Shown piece by piece: positions 9,689 through 20,175 of a DNA stretch of 64,000 nt; the first letter of the stretch is position 1; each line of letters opens with the position of its first letter. The DNA comes from Candidatus Scatovivens sp. (lineage in GTDB: Bacteria; Bacillota; Clostridia; TANB77; CAG-508): assembly GCA_045646345.1 (NCBI GenBank), contig JAZRKN010000006.1, forward strand, positions 49,963-113,962. The letters are read 5' to 3'. Made by a program: the position numbers and the translations under genes. The notes beneath the pieces were generated by a model that saw nothing but the letters and a program-made list of their open reading frames with translations, ran no database searches and was not told the DNA's origin.

Positions 9689-10702
9689 TTACATACTATC
9701 AAAACTTACATCTATTTTAATAATTTCATTTGTTTTCCCATCACTTATCAATTGAATTGTTCCATCTCTATCAGTTCTATATATTGTTGTTCCTATTTTT
9801 TCTAATCTTTTTATTATTTTATCTTTAGGTAATCCATAACTGTTTCCTTCTCCAACAGAAATAATTGATAATTCTGGAGCCACTTGATTTAAAAAAACTT
9901 GTGAACTACTTGTATTTGAACCATGATGCCCTACTTTTAAAACATCAACATCATTCCATTTTCTAGATTCTTCAACTTCCGTTTCTGCATCTCCCATAAA
10001 TAGATATTTTTGTTCACCATAACACATTTCTAAAACTATTGATGCATTATTTGTATTCTCAGGTTCAGAATGATCAATAGCCATTATTTCAAAATTAGCC
10101 TCTGGTAAATTAAATTTATCTCCTACATTCACTTCAACAATTGGCTCTTCTTTTTTGGCAAGTGCTGCTAATAATTTTTTATAATAAGTTGTTGTTGAAG
10201 TTTCATTATATGGTAGATAAAAATCTCCAATTTCAAAGGATTCTATTATATAACTCATACCTCCAATATGGTCTTCATGAACATGAGTACCAACAACATA
10301 ATCTAATTTGTCTATTCCTAATGCTTTTATTCCATTTACAATAAGTTCACCATCTCCCTTATTTCCTGCATCTATTAATACTGTTTTTCCTTGATTTAAA
10401 ATTAAAGTACAATCTGCTTGTCCAACATCGAAAAACAATACATTTAATTTATCTTGATCTATTTGAATACTTTGAGATACTTTTTCAATAATTTCTATGT
10501 TGGCTTTCACTTCTGGAGTCGTTGGTACAACAGAAGAATCTCTTGTATCCACAATATCAGCAAGCCCTGTATCTTCAATCGCTTTATCAATGGCTGCCAA
10601 TATTCCTGTTTGTGATAAAAAATATATTATTATAAATGTTATAACCGTTATTAAAACATCTTTTAATTTTTTATTAATTTTATTTTTCTTTTTTCTTCCC
10701 AT
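9689..10702 (-). CDS. Membrane-anchored ComEC/Rec2-like metallo-beta-lactamase-fold hydrolase
   Basis: DVGQAD, THVHEDHIGG, FMGDAE, VGHHGS, YRTD motifs. Confidence 0.9.
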   Translation of the reverse strand: MGRKKKNKINKKLKDVLITVITFIIIYFLSQTGILAAIDKAIEDTGLADIVDTRDSSVVPTTPEVKANIEIIEKVSQSIQIDQDKLNVLFFDVGQADCTLILNQGKTVLIDAGNKGDGELIVNGIKALGIDKLDYVVGTHVHEDHIGGMSYIIESFEIGDFYLPYNETSTTTYYKKLLAALAKKEEPIVEVNVGDKFNLPEANFEIMAIDHSEPENTNNASIVLEMCYGEQKYLFMGDAETEVEESRKWNDVDVLKVGHHGSNTSSSQVFLNQVAPELSIISVGEGNSYGLPKDKIIKRLEKIGTTIYRTDRDGTIQLISDGKTNEIIKIDVSFDSM

Positions 10703-10819
10703 AATCTACCTCTTCTTTTGTAGTAAAATTTTATCAATAAATAAAAATTTTATCAAGCAACATTTAGTATCTTATAAAAGCAAAAAGAGATATTAATATA
10801 AATTAATATCTCTAAAATT

Positions 10820-11968
10820 TTATATTCTTACTTCTTCTGAAGTAATATCTGTTATTTTTTTACCAGTTAAATATCTATCTTTCATTACAAGTCCTTTTTG
10901 AGTAAAATCTATACCTATAAATTGATATGGAGTAATTCCTCTTCTTTCTCTAAAAAGTACTGCAATTTTTTCAGGATCTATTTTGTCAAATTCATATGTA
11001 GAATATAATTTCTTTTTCTTAGAGCCTTCAGGTAAAGAATCAAAATATTCTTTATCTCTTTTTATTACTTCTTTTATTTCTTCTACAGGATCTAATCCAT
11101 CTTTATCTACATTTCTAAATCTATATCCTAACCAGAATGGGTATATTTGTCCCATAATTTCACCATTTTCATTTTGTGCAACTATTTCTAATCCACTTTT
11201 TCCTGTAAGACCACTATAAATTTCTTTGTCAGTTAAAAAATTGACAAACGAATTAAATACTTCTTTTTGACTTTGTGTCATTGAATTTTTATATGGTAAC
11301 ATTGGTTGTTGTACTGCTTGATGTGTTAAATAAGACAAAATTTTATTTATATCATTATCACTTCTTTTAGCGAAAAATAAACTTGTTTTATCTCCTGAAA
11401 TTTGGTGTGCTTTATGAACATCAAATGTTGGGTATAATACATATGTATTTACATTTCCAACTCTTTCTGGTTCATACCCCAAAATTTCTTTAACACGAGC
11501 TATTAAAAGTTGCTCACAATTTTTCCAAGCATCTTCTATAGATTTTTTATAATCTTCAGTATCACTTACAATTTGTTTTATTTCTGGTGTTTCTGTCAAA
11601 TCATGGAAATCTTCTAAGAAACTTTCCATTCTTTTGGTTTCAGCATCCGTTAAATCATATTCAATTTTCATTCTTGTTGCTAACGATCTTCTAGAATCTT
11701 CTGTTGCTGTTAATGGAGAATGTGCTAAAACACTATCTAAGAAATTGTTTCCATTTCTTTGTATTAATTTAGCATTTCCGAAAGTTTTTGGATTTCTTAA
11801 AATAAAATCTGTTATTACAGGACTTGAATCTACTACACCATTTTCGATGTATCTTTTTTTCATCTCTGGATTTTTTGCAGATCTCAATCTTCCTTGTACT
11901 TCCCCATTTAACATATTACAAACTATTGAATCACCATTTACAGTGAAATTCATATAACTTTTTGGCAT
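10820..11968 (-). CDS. Hypothetical protein (382 aa), possible degenerate zincin-like fold
   Basis: AGGAGG RBS. YLTHQAVQ sits where HExxH would be expected (inference). Confidence 0.75.
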   Translation of the reverse strand: MPKSYMNFTVNGDSIVCNMLNGEVQGRLRSAKNPEMKKRYIENGVVDSSPVITDFILRNPKTFGNAKLIQRNGNNFLDSVLAHSPLTATEDSRRSLATRMKIEYDLTDAETKRMESFLEDFHDLTETPEIKQIVSDTEDYKKSIEDAWKNCEQLLIARVKEILGYEPERVGNVNTYVLYPTFDVHKAHQISGDKTSLFFAKRSDNDINKILSYLTHQAVQQPMLPYKNSMTQSQKEVFNSFVNFLTDKEIYSGLTGKSGLEIVAQNENGEIMGQIYPFWLGYRFRNVDKDGLDPVEEIKEVIKRDKEYFDSLPEGSKKKKLYSTYEFDKIDPEKIAVLFRERRGITPYQFIGIDFTQKGLVMKDRYLTGKKITDITSEEVRI

Positions 11969-12306
11969 AATTCCTCCTATACATGTAGTTACATTTATAG
12001 ATTTTAAACAAGCAATATATTGCTACTTTTTTCATAAGTATGAACTACCGAGTTTTTTTGACGAACTCGACATTACTATTTTATCACACTTTGTGACTAA
12101 AATAAATACTTTTTTGTAATTTTTATGTGAATTTTTATCAGTTTTCATTGCAAAATAAGCATTTTATAGATAATTTTACATAAAAAATCTTATTTTTCAT
12201 TTCAAAATTCCAAATAATCCTTCTTTTCTTACTAAGGTATGCGTTATTTGATTTTTTCTTCAAAAAAGTGTATAATCTTTCTATAAAATAAATTTAGGAG
12301 AAAAAA

Positions 12307-13203
12307 ATGGATTATAATATTATAATTAGACCTCTAATTGGTGCTGGTATTGGATACATTACAAACTGGATTGCTGTAAAGATGTTGTTTAGACCTTTAA
12401 AACCTATTAAACTAGGAAAGTTTACTCTTCCATTCACTCCAGGAATTATTCCTAAAAACAAACCTCGTTTGGCCGAATCAATAGGAACAACAATTAGTAA
12501 AGATTTACTAACAGACGAAGACTTAAAAAATGTTTTATTATCCAATACAGTAAAAAATGAAATAAAAGAAAAAATAATCAACTATCTAAATAGTATCTCT
12601 GAAAAAAAATATACTTTAGCAGAATTAATCTGTTTGTATATTGAAAAAGAAAATTACAATAAAACCATTTCTAGTATAGAGTCTGTTTTATCTGATAAAA
12701 TATATAATGCCGCACTCGAAGCAGATCTTGCAAACTTAATTGCAAATCAAATCGAACTTGCAGCAACAGAAAAATTAAAAGGATCTATGCTTGGATTATT
12801 AGGTGGAAATGCAATCATATCATCATTTATTCCATCTATTTCTGAAAAAATTAATGAATACATAATTTCTAATGGAAAAGAATTAATTTCTAATTCTGTA
12901 AATAAAGAAATAACTAATTACTCAAATACTTCTGTTGAAGAATTATTAGCAAAAATATCAGACAGCAACATTGATTTCATAGAAATGCTTATGTCTATTT
13001 ATGAAAAAATCATTACAAACCAAATATCTAATCTTTTAAAATGTATTAATATTTCTCAAATAGTAACTAATAAAATTAACAATATGGATGTTTTAGAACT
13101 TGAAAAATTAATACTTTTAATTATGAAAAAAGAATTGAATGCCCTTGTAAATCTTGGTGCAGTAATTGGATTTATACTAGGACTTTCTAATTTATTATTT
13201 TAG
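12307..13203 (+). CDS. DUF445/YheB-like membrane protein
   Basis: GAGIGYITNWIAVKMLFRP, PGIIPK and C-terminal ELNALVNLGAVIGFILG. Confidence 0.9.
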   Translation: MDYNIIIRPLIGAGIGYITNWIAVKMLFRPLKPIKLGKFTLPFTPGIIPKNKPRLAESIGTTISKDLLTDEDLKNVLLSNTVKNEIKEKIINYLNSISEKKYTLAELICLYIEKENYNKTISSIESVLSDKIYNAALEADLANLIANQIELAATEKLKGSMLGLLGGNAIISSFIPSISEKINEYIISNGKELISNSVNKEITNYSNTSVEELLAKISDSNIDFIEMLMSIYEKIITNQISNLLKCINISQIVTNKINNMDVLELEKLILLIMKKELNALVNLGAVIGFILGLSNLLF

Positions 13204-13260
13204 ATTCGATATTTTATATTTAAATCAATAAAAAGACCTGATTTTTCAGGTCTTTTTTTA

Positions 13261-14223
13261 CTAAGCATTTATAGCTTCTCTTATTTTTTTCATATTCTCA
13301 TTTAATATTTTACAACTTTCATCAAGTTTTGCTTGGTTTTCTTCAGAAAGTTCTAATTCTAATAATTCTCTTGCCCCATTACTATTTACAACCGCTGGCA
13401 TTCCAATATAAATATCTTTATGACCATATTCTCCATTTAAGTATGCTGATATTGTTAATATTTCGTTAGTATTATTCATAACAGTTCTAACAATTTTTGC
13501 TAAGCCAAGTCCAATTCCATAATATGTTGCTTTTTTTCTATTTATAATTTCATATGCGGCATCTCTAACTTCCACATAGATTTTATCTAAATCACTTAAA
13601 CATTTACCAGAATCTTCAAGAATATCCGATATCCTTTTACATCCAACATATGCATGTTCCCAAGGAACAAATGATGAGTCTCCATGTTCCCCCATTATAT
13701 ATGCATGTACATTTTTATTTGATACATTTAAATATTCTCCAACCATAAATCTTAATCTTGCTGTATCTAATGCAGTTCCAGAACCAATTACTCTACTTGT
13801 TGGAAATTTTGAAACTTCTTGAACAACTTTAGTCATTAAATCAACTGGATTTGATGCTATTAAAAATATTCCTTTAAATCCACTATTAACAACTTGAATT
13901 GTTATGTCTTTCATTATTTTTGCATTTGCCTCTGAAAGTTCAAGTCTTGTTTGACCTGGTTTTTGATTTAATCCAGCAGTAATTACAACCATATCAGCAT
14001 CTGCACATTCCGAATATTCTCCTGCTTTTATTTTCATATGGCTTGAAGAACATGGTAATCCATGGCATAAATCCATTGCTTCACCAACAGCTTTATCTTT
14101 TAAAACATCAATTAAAACTAATTCGTTAACACCACTTGAAGAACCTTGACTTAATATAGCATAAGCCATACTCATTCCTACAAATCCTGTTCCTACTAAT
14201 ACTATTTTTCTTTTTCCTATCAT
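13261..14223 (-). CDS. ldh: L-lactate dehydrogenase
   Basis: GTGFVG, ASNPVD, GTALDTARLR, GEHGDS, ATYYGIG. Start moved to MIGKRK for RBS spacing. Confidence 0.95.
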   Translation of the reverse strand: MIGKRKIVLVGTGFVGMSMAYAILSQGSSSGVNELVLIDVLKDKAVGEAMDLCHGLPCSSSHMKIKAGEYSECADADMVVITAGLNQKPGQTRLELSEANAKIMKDITIQVVNSGFKGIFLIASNPVDLMTKVVQEVSKFPTSRVIGSGTALDTARLRFMVGEYLNVSNKNVHAYIMGEHGDSSFVPWEHAYVGCKRISDILEDSGKCLSDLDKIYVEVRDAAYEIINRKKATYYGIGLGLAKIVRTVMNNTNEILTISAYLNGEYGHKDIYIGMPAVVNSNGARELLELELSEENQAKLDESCKILNENMKKIREAINA

Positions 14224-14369
14224 GTTATACATCTCCTTTTGTTTTATTATTCTTCCGGCTATATATTATAACACAACATTATATTCACTTCAAATCTTAA
14301 AAATGAGCTATTATACATAAAAAAAGTCATTTTAGACCAAATTTTACTTTCTAAAACGACTTTTTATTA

Positions 14370-14936
14370 TTATTCTTTTTCTTCTTCAACTGCATTCCAA
14401 AGCATTCCTTCTTTTAATGCTTCACTGTTTCCACCCAACACATCTACGATTTTGTATGCAAATAGTAATGTTGTTGCCGGTCCACGACTTGTTATAAGAT
14501 TCTCATCTACTACAACTAGTTCTTCTACATAGTTTGCTTTTTCTAATAAATTTTCAAAGTCTTCGCCTGGATATGCTGTTATATATCTATTTTCCTCAAT
14601 TCCAGCTGCTGATAATACCATAGCTGGAGATGCACAAATTGCTGCTATATATTTTTTTTCATTATTAAAATGTTTTACTAATTCTAATACTTTTTCGTCT
14701 TTTGCCAAATTATCTGCACCAGGCAATCCTCCAGGGAAAACTATCATATCATATTCTTTTATTTCATCTGATATCATTTTATCAGATTTTATAACTACAT
14801 TATGAGCACCCGTTACATATTCCTCTTTTATTGTTATCATATCACATAAAATTCCAGCTCTTCTTGCTACATCTACAACTGTAAGTGCTTCTATTTCTTC
14901 AAAACCATCTGCCAAAAATACTGCTATTTTTTTCAT
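14370..14936 (-). CDS. DJ-1/YajL (ThiJ/PfpI) family protein
   Basis: GFEEIEA, PGGLPG, AICASP, TSRGP. Confidence 0.92.
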   Translation of the reverse strand: MKKIAVFLADGFEEIEALTVVDVARRAGILCDMITIKEEYVTGAHNVVIKSDKMISDEIKEYDMIVFPGGLPGADNLAKDEKVLELVKHFNNEKKYIAAICASPAMVLSAAGIEENRYITAYPGEDFENLLEKANYVEELVVVDENLITSRGPATTLLFAYKIVDVLGGNSEALKEGMLWNAVEEEKE

Positions 14937-15067
14937 AAAAACCTCCTTAATATTTTTTCAAAAATATTATATCACATCTAATCCACAATTTGTTATTTAT
15001 TATTGACAAAATTCTACAACTGTTATATATAATTTTATAGATGAAATTATACTTTTAGGAGGTTTTT

Positions 15068-15529
15068 ATGTTAAAAGAATTCAAAGAATTTGCTACAAAA
15101 GGTAATATTATGGACTTAGCTGTCGGCGTTGTAATAGGTGGTGCGTTCCAATCAATTATTAATTCATTAGTAAATGATATCATAATGCCAGCAATCTCAA
15201 TAATAACAGGAAAAGTTGATTTTTCAGAAATGGTATTTACAGTTGGTGAAGCATCTATTAAATACGGAAATTTCATTACAGCTATAGTAAACTTTTTAAT
15301 CATAGCTTTCTCAATTTTCCTAGCAATCACATATATGAACAAATTAACCAAAAAAATGGAAGCCATTAGCTTAGGACAAGTTGAAAAAATCAACAAAAAA
15401 TTAGGAAGAACAAAAAAAGAAGAACCAATTCCTGAACCAACTGTAAAAGTTTGCCCATTCTGCTTTAGTGAAATTCCATATAAAGCTACGAAATGTGCTC
15501 ACTGTACATCTGATTTAGAAACAAAATAA
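15068..15529 (+). CDS. mscL: Large-conductance mechanosensitive channel with a C-terminal zinc-ribbon-like tail
   Basis: [23 protein letters not shown]; tail CPFC-x10-CAHC. Confidence 0.95.
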   Translation: MLKEFKEFATKGNIMDLAVGVVIGGAFQSIINSLVNDIIMPAISIITGKVDFSEMVFTVGEASIKYGNFITAIVNFLIIAFSIFLAITYMNKLTKKMEAISLGQVEKINKKLGRTKKEEPIPEPTVKVCPFCFSEIPYKATKCAHCTSDLETK

Positions 15530-15574
15530 TAAAAAATAAATAAAAAACATCAAAAGTTTAAACTTTTGATGTTT

Positions 15575-16297
15575 TTATTTTTTAATATTTTCCAATATAT
15601 TTGTATTTAAAATATCATTAGCTTTTTCTTGCGTTAAATATTTATATTTAACCATTTTATTTAATACTTGTGCTTGCCTTTGCTTTGCAAGCTCTGGATT
15701 TTTAGTTGGTGCATATACTGATGGTGCATTTGGAATTCCTGCCAAAAGTGTAGATTCATATAAATTCATTTCTTGTGGTTCTTTATCAAAATAGCCATGT
15801 GAAGCATCATATACACAATAATAACCATCACCAAAATATATAGTATTTACATACAATTCTAGTATCTCTTCCTTTGTACACGTTTTTTCATATTCAAAAG
15901 CCATAAATATTTCAGCAATTTTTCTTGTTAGTTCTTTTCTTTGTGTAAAATATGTATTTTTAGCAAGCTGCTGAGTTATTGTACTTCCCCCTTCTGCCAA
16001 ACTCATTGTTTGAATATCTTTTATAACCGCTCTTACAATTGATATTAGATCAACTCCATTATGTTCAAAAAATCTTCTATCTTCCACTGCTACAATTGCA
16101 TTTATATAATTTTCTGGTAGCTCATCATATTTTATATAATTCGTTTTCTCTTTTTTTATTTCTTCAACCATTTCTTTAATACTTGTCTCTTGAATGGCTT
16201 CTTCATATAAGTTATACCCTTGATACACAAATATTCCAAAAACAGCAATTAATAATATAAATCCTAGCAAAAATAATTTTTTAATAAATTTTATCAT
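15575..16297 (-). CDS. Monofunctional peptidoglycan glycosyltransferase (GT51)
   Basis: EDRRFFEHNG, GGSTITQQLAKN, RKIAE, KEEILELYVN; no transpeptidase domain. Confidence 0.92.
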   Translation of the reverse strand: MIKFIKKLFLLGFILLIAVFGIFVYQGYNLYEEAIQETSIKEMVEEIKKEKTNYIKYDELPENYINAIVAVEDRRFFEHNGVDLISIVRAVIKDIQTMSLAEGGSTITQQLAKNTYFTQRKELTRKIAEIFMAFEYEKTCTKEEILELYVNTIYFGDGYYCVYDASHGYFDKEPQEMNLYESTLLAGIPNAPSVYAPTKNPELAKQRQAQVLNKMVKYKYLTQEKANDILNTNILENIKK

Positions 16298-16337
16298 ATG
16301 TTCACTCTCCTTTATTTAATTCGTAATATAATTCATT

Positions 16338-16790
16338 TTAAGAAATTACTTTTTCCAGAAAAGTTCTGCATCCTTCTAATATATCTTCATATGTTTTATC
16401 AAAATTTCCAGTATACCAAGGATCTGCAATATCTCTTGGATTATTTGAAAAATCTAATAGTCTACACACTTTATTTTCTTTATCATCTCCAACAATTCGA
16501 AGTATATTTCTTATATTAGATTCTTCCATTCCTAATATATAATCGTATTTATCATAATCATTTGGTGATAGTCTTGTAGCCTCTCTATGTTCAACTGGTA
16601 CCCCAACAGAATTTAATTTTTTTACAGTTCCATAATGAACATCATTTCCTATTTCTTCGAAACTTGTTGCACTTGATTTTATTAAAAACTCGTTCTCTTT
16701 TCCCATTTTCTTTACCATATCTTTTAAAACAAATTCTGCCATTGGAGAACGACATATATTGCCTAAACATACAAACATTACTTTTATCAT
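16338..16790 (-). CDS. Low-molecular-weight protein tyrosine phosphatase
   Basis: CLGNICRS P-loop and DPWY. Confidence 0.95.
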   Translation of the reverse strand: MIKVMFVCLGNICRSPMAEFVLKDMVKKMGKENEFLIKSSATSFEEIGNDVHYGTVKKLNSVGVPVEHREATRLSPNDYDKYDYILGMEESNIRNILRIVGDDKENKVCRLLDFSNNPRDIADPWYTGNFDKTYEDILEGCRTFLEKVIS

Positions 16791-16975
16791 TTTTCTCTCC
16801 TAACTATGCATATATTTTATCTATTAATCGACTTTTTTTCAACCATCTTAATTAATTATTAATACGCAATTTTCTACATTTTCTTTCATATTTTTTCATT
16901 TTTAAATACAAAAAACTCCCTAATTATTAAGTTCTCACTTTAATAATTAAGGAGATTTTATAAATAACTTAAAAT

Positions 16976-17518
16976 TTATTCTTTATCTTCATTTTTATTT
17001 AATTCAACTATTTGTGAAGCAATATATTTACTGCTACTTGATCCCATTGCCATATACAAGGCTGTATCAGTAAATAATGTATCTTCAACAATATTTCTTT
17101 GACTATATTTCTTTCCTATCGCAATTACAGTATTAAATACAGAATCATATAAATCACTAAAGAAATTTAAAGTTTCTTCTATCGAAGTTCTTTTTACTCT
17201 ATTTTCAATTAAATCTTTTATATCAGAAATAGGTAAAGCTTGTTTTAAGCAACAAATTATAATTAAATAAGCAATATGTTCTCTTGAATATTTTTTCTTT
17301 ATTGGTGCCGGCATTATTCCAAGTTTTACATAGTTATTTATCATTGAATTTGTTATAATTTTTGTATTTTCATCGGATTTATGAAATGACATATATTTTT
17401 CCATCAATGCAACAACTTGGTCCATATATAAATCAATTTCTGGTAATTCATCCCAATAAGGTAATTTATGTTTAATTATTGTAAAATAATCTTCAAATTT
17501 TTTATCAACTTTTGACAT
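16976..17518 (-). CDS. DUF1836 family HTH protein
   Basis: LPEIDLYMDQV, TNSMINNYVK, KKKYSREH. Confidence 0.9.
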   Translation of the reverse strand: MSKVDKKFEDYFTIIKHKLPYWDELPEIDLYMDQVVALMEKYMSFHKSDENTKIITNSMINNYVKLGIMPAPIKKKYSREHIAYLIIICCLKQALPISDIKDLIENRVKRTSIEETLNFFSDLYDSVFNTVIAIGKKYSQRNIVEDTLFTDTALYMAMGSSSSKYIASQIVELNKNEDKE

Positions 17519-17675
17519 TATTCTTTCCTCTTTTTTATTAATATGATATATAATAACACATTTTTAGCATTTTTTCAACACCTAAAACCATACACCCATT
17601 TGATTTCAATCACTTGCTAAATTTCATACAAAAAAACCTTTAAACTTAGTAATCTAAATTTAAAGGTTTTAATTT

Positions 17676-18197
17676 TTAGTGTATTACATTAGCAATTATT
17701 CCATATGATAAAAACATCATAATTATACTTGCCATTACAATTCCAGCCATTACTGTAATAAAAGTTTTCTTTTTATCTAAATTTAAAACTGAAGCAATTA
17801 ATGTTCCTGTCCAAGCTCCTGTTCCTGGAAGTGGAATTCCTACAAATATTAGTAATCCCCAATAACCATATTTTTCAATTTGGCCTTTATTTTTTTCTAC
17901 TTTTTCGTCTAACCAATTAGCAATTTTATTGAAAAAATTTATTTTACTTTTTTTCATCCATGATAATATTTTTGTTATTAATAATAATATAAATGGTACT
18001 GGAATAACATTTCCTATTATACTAATTACATATCCTGGAAGTGGATCCAATCCCAATAAAGCTGCTGCTAATATTCCCCCTCTTAATTCAAGTATTGGCA
18101 TTAATGATATTATAAATACTAATATTTCTTTACCGTAAGCTATTGAAGCTAATCCTCCAAAGGCTCCTACTATTGCGCCTACAATTTTTTCACTCAT
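17676..18197 (-). CDS. Small multidrug export family membrane protein (COG2426-like)
   Basis: PILELRGG and FVGIPLPGTGAWTG. Confidence 0.9.
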   Translation of the reverse strand: MSEKIVGAIVGAFGGLASIAYGKEILVFIISLMPILELRGGILAAALLGLDPLPGYVISIIGNVIPVPFILLLITKILSWMKKSKINFFNKIANWLDEKVEKNKGQIEKYGYWGLLIFVGIPLPGTGAWTGTLIASVLNLDKKKTFITVMAGIVMASIIMMFLSYGIIANVIH

Positions 18198-18278
18198 CTT
18201 CTCTATTTAGATAGATTTCGTTCTATCTATTCTCCTCTCTTTTTTCAATACTTATCTATTTTAACATTATTATATGCT

Positions 18279-18695
18279 TTATTCAACTTCTAAATTTAAA
18301 ATATTTTCTGCAGTAGTTTCTCCTACAAACTCTTCAGGGAATACTACTTCATTTATATTTAATCTATTTAAAATATTTTTATGAAGTTTGTTTCCAGCTT
18401 TAGCAATTATATATTTTACTCCTCGTTCTTGAAGAATCATACAAGATAATATACTTGCAGATATATTTTCTCCAAAGCATACCACTCCAATGTCAAAGTC
18501 TTTTATTGGTAATTGATTCCATGCATCTTCTGAAGTTACATCTAAACAAACCGCTTTTGTCACATAATGTGAAACTTCTTCCACTATATGCATATCACTA
18601 TCTACTGCTAAAACTTCAACTTTTGAATCAGTTAATTTTTTAGCAATCGTTTTTCCATATTTTCCAAGTCCTACTATAATACATTGTTTTTTCAT
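18279..18695 (-). CDS. ktrA: KtrA/TrkA K+ uptake regulatory subunit, RCK_N domain only
   Basis: GLGKYG nucleotide motif, IIAKA, VVFPE; ends at 138 aa. Confidence 0.8.
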   Translation of the reverse strand: MKKQCIIVGLGKYGKTIAKKLTDSKVEVLAVDSDMHIVEEVSHYVTKAVCLDVTSEDAWNQLPIKDFDIGVVCFGENISASILSCMILQERGVKYIIAKAGNKLHKNILNRLNINEVVFPEEFVGETTAENILNLEVE

Positions 18696-18707
18696 TAATT
18701 TTCTCCT

Positions 18708-20000
18708 TTAGTATAAAATAACATTTTCTGATGGATACTCCACCAATCTATCTATTGGTTCGTCATGCACGAACGCTAATACCATTGCAATAGGTCCAAT
18801 TCTTCCAATAAACATTAAGAACAATAATAGTAAATCACCAATTACATTTATGCTTGTTGTTCCATCTACAACTAATCCAGCATTACTTAAAGCAGATATA
18901 CTTTCAAAAATCACTTCCAACAAGCTAGCTTCTTTATTACAATAAGCTAAAAGCATGCTTGAAAATATTGCTAATACAATAAATATTATAAAAATTGCAA
19001 ATGCTTTTCTTACAACCATATTTGGTATTTTTTTCCAAAACATTATTGTATTTTCTCTACCTCTTAATGTTGCAATCACAGTAGCAATAATTATAGCTGG
19101 TACAACAACTCTCATTCCTCCTGCAGTTGACGCTGGAGCACCTCCTATAAACATTATTATTATTAACAGTAATTTACTTGCAACTGAGAATGACTCTAAA
19201 TTTATCAACGAAAAGCCTGCTGTACGTGCAGATAGTGCCATAAACAAACTATTTAAAATTGACATTTGCGGTTCAAAAATTTTAATCAATATTGCTGGAA
19301 CAATTGTAAATATCAATGAATATATTAATATAATTTTAGTTTGCAATTTTAATTTATTAAAACTTTTAAATTTATTCTTTTTCAAGTCTTCAATTACAAA
19401 TATTCCTATACTTCCAATCATCATTAATAATATTAAAACTATTTGCAAGTATATATCCGATTTATATTTTAACAAACTAGTTGTACCTAAAATGTCGAAT
19501 CCTACATTTGTAAAAGCTGATATTGAATGAAAAATTCCATACCAAATTCCATCTAACATTCCAAACTCTGGTATGAATCTTATTGATAATAGAATTGCTC
19601 CAACTAATTGAACTTTCCAAACCAAATTAAATACAAACATTGAATGTTCTTTTATTGTATTATAATCATTATCTCCTCCAGTATTATCATTTACCATCAT
19701 AATATCCGAAATTTTCATTTTCTTATTACTTTTAGCCCATATATAAGAAATGAACACAATAAAACCTAAAGCTCCAACTTCCATTAAAACTAATATAACT
19801 AGTTGTCCTATAAAGTTAAATTGTTCTACTAGCGGAGACTTTAAAATTGCTGTTCCCGTAACCGTAGAAACCGATGCAAAAAATGCTTCATGAAAACTAA
19901 TTTCCATATTGTTACATATTGGAAGCCACAAAATTATTGCTCCTATCAAACTTATTAAAACAAAACCTATCAAAGGCACTAAATAACTTTTATTCCTCAT
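18708..20000 (-). CDS. ktrB: KtrB/TrkH K+ transporter membrane subunit
   Basis: Four filter-like motifs (TVTG, TNVGF, RTAGF, SNAGL), FIGGAPASTAGG, MFIGRIG. Start moved to the ATG at 20000 (AAGGA RBS). Confidence 0.88.
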   Translation of the reverse strand: MRNKSYLVPLIGFVLISLIGAIILWLPICNNMEISFHEAFFASVSTVTGTAILKSPLVEQFNFIGQLVILVLMEVGALGFIVFISYIWAKSNKKMKISDIMMVNDNTGGDNDYNTIKEHSMFVFNLVWKVQLVGAILLSIRFIPEFGMLDGIWYGIFHSISAFTNVGFDILGTTSLLKYKSDIYLQIVLILLMMIGSIGIFVIEDLKKNKFKSFNKLKLQTKIILIYSLIFTIVPAILIKIFEPQMSILNSLFMALSARTAGFSLINLESFSVASKLLLIIIMFIGGAPASTAGGMRVVVPAIIIATVIATLRGRENTIMFWKKIPNMVVRKAFAIFIIFIVLAIFSSMLLAYCNKEASLLEVIFESISALSNAGLVVDGTTSINVIGDLLLLFLMFIGRIGPIAMVLAFVHDEPIDRLVEYPSENVILY

Positions 20001-20175
20001 TTGTTCATCCTTTTTACTAATCTTCTTCAATTATATACTTAATTTTTTTTAGTGTAAATATTTTTAAAAGCAAAATTCTCAAGTTTCCCTAATGTTTTTT
20101 CTTCTTTTTTACATATTCTTTACGTATTTTTCGTAAAAAAAGAAATGCCTATTTAGCATTTCTTTCTGTTTTATT

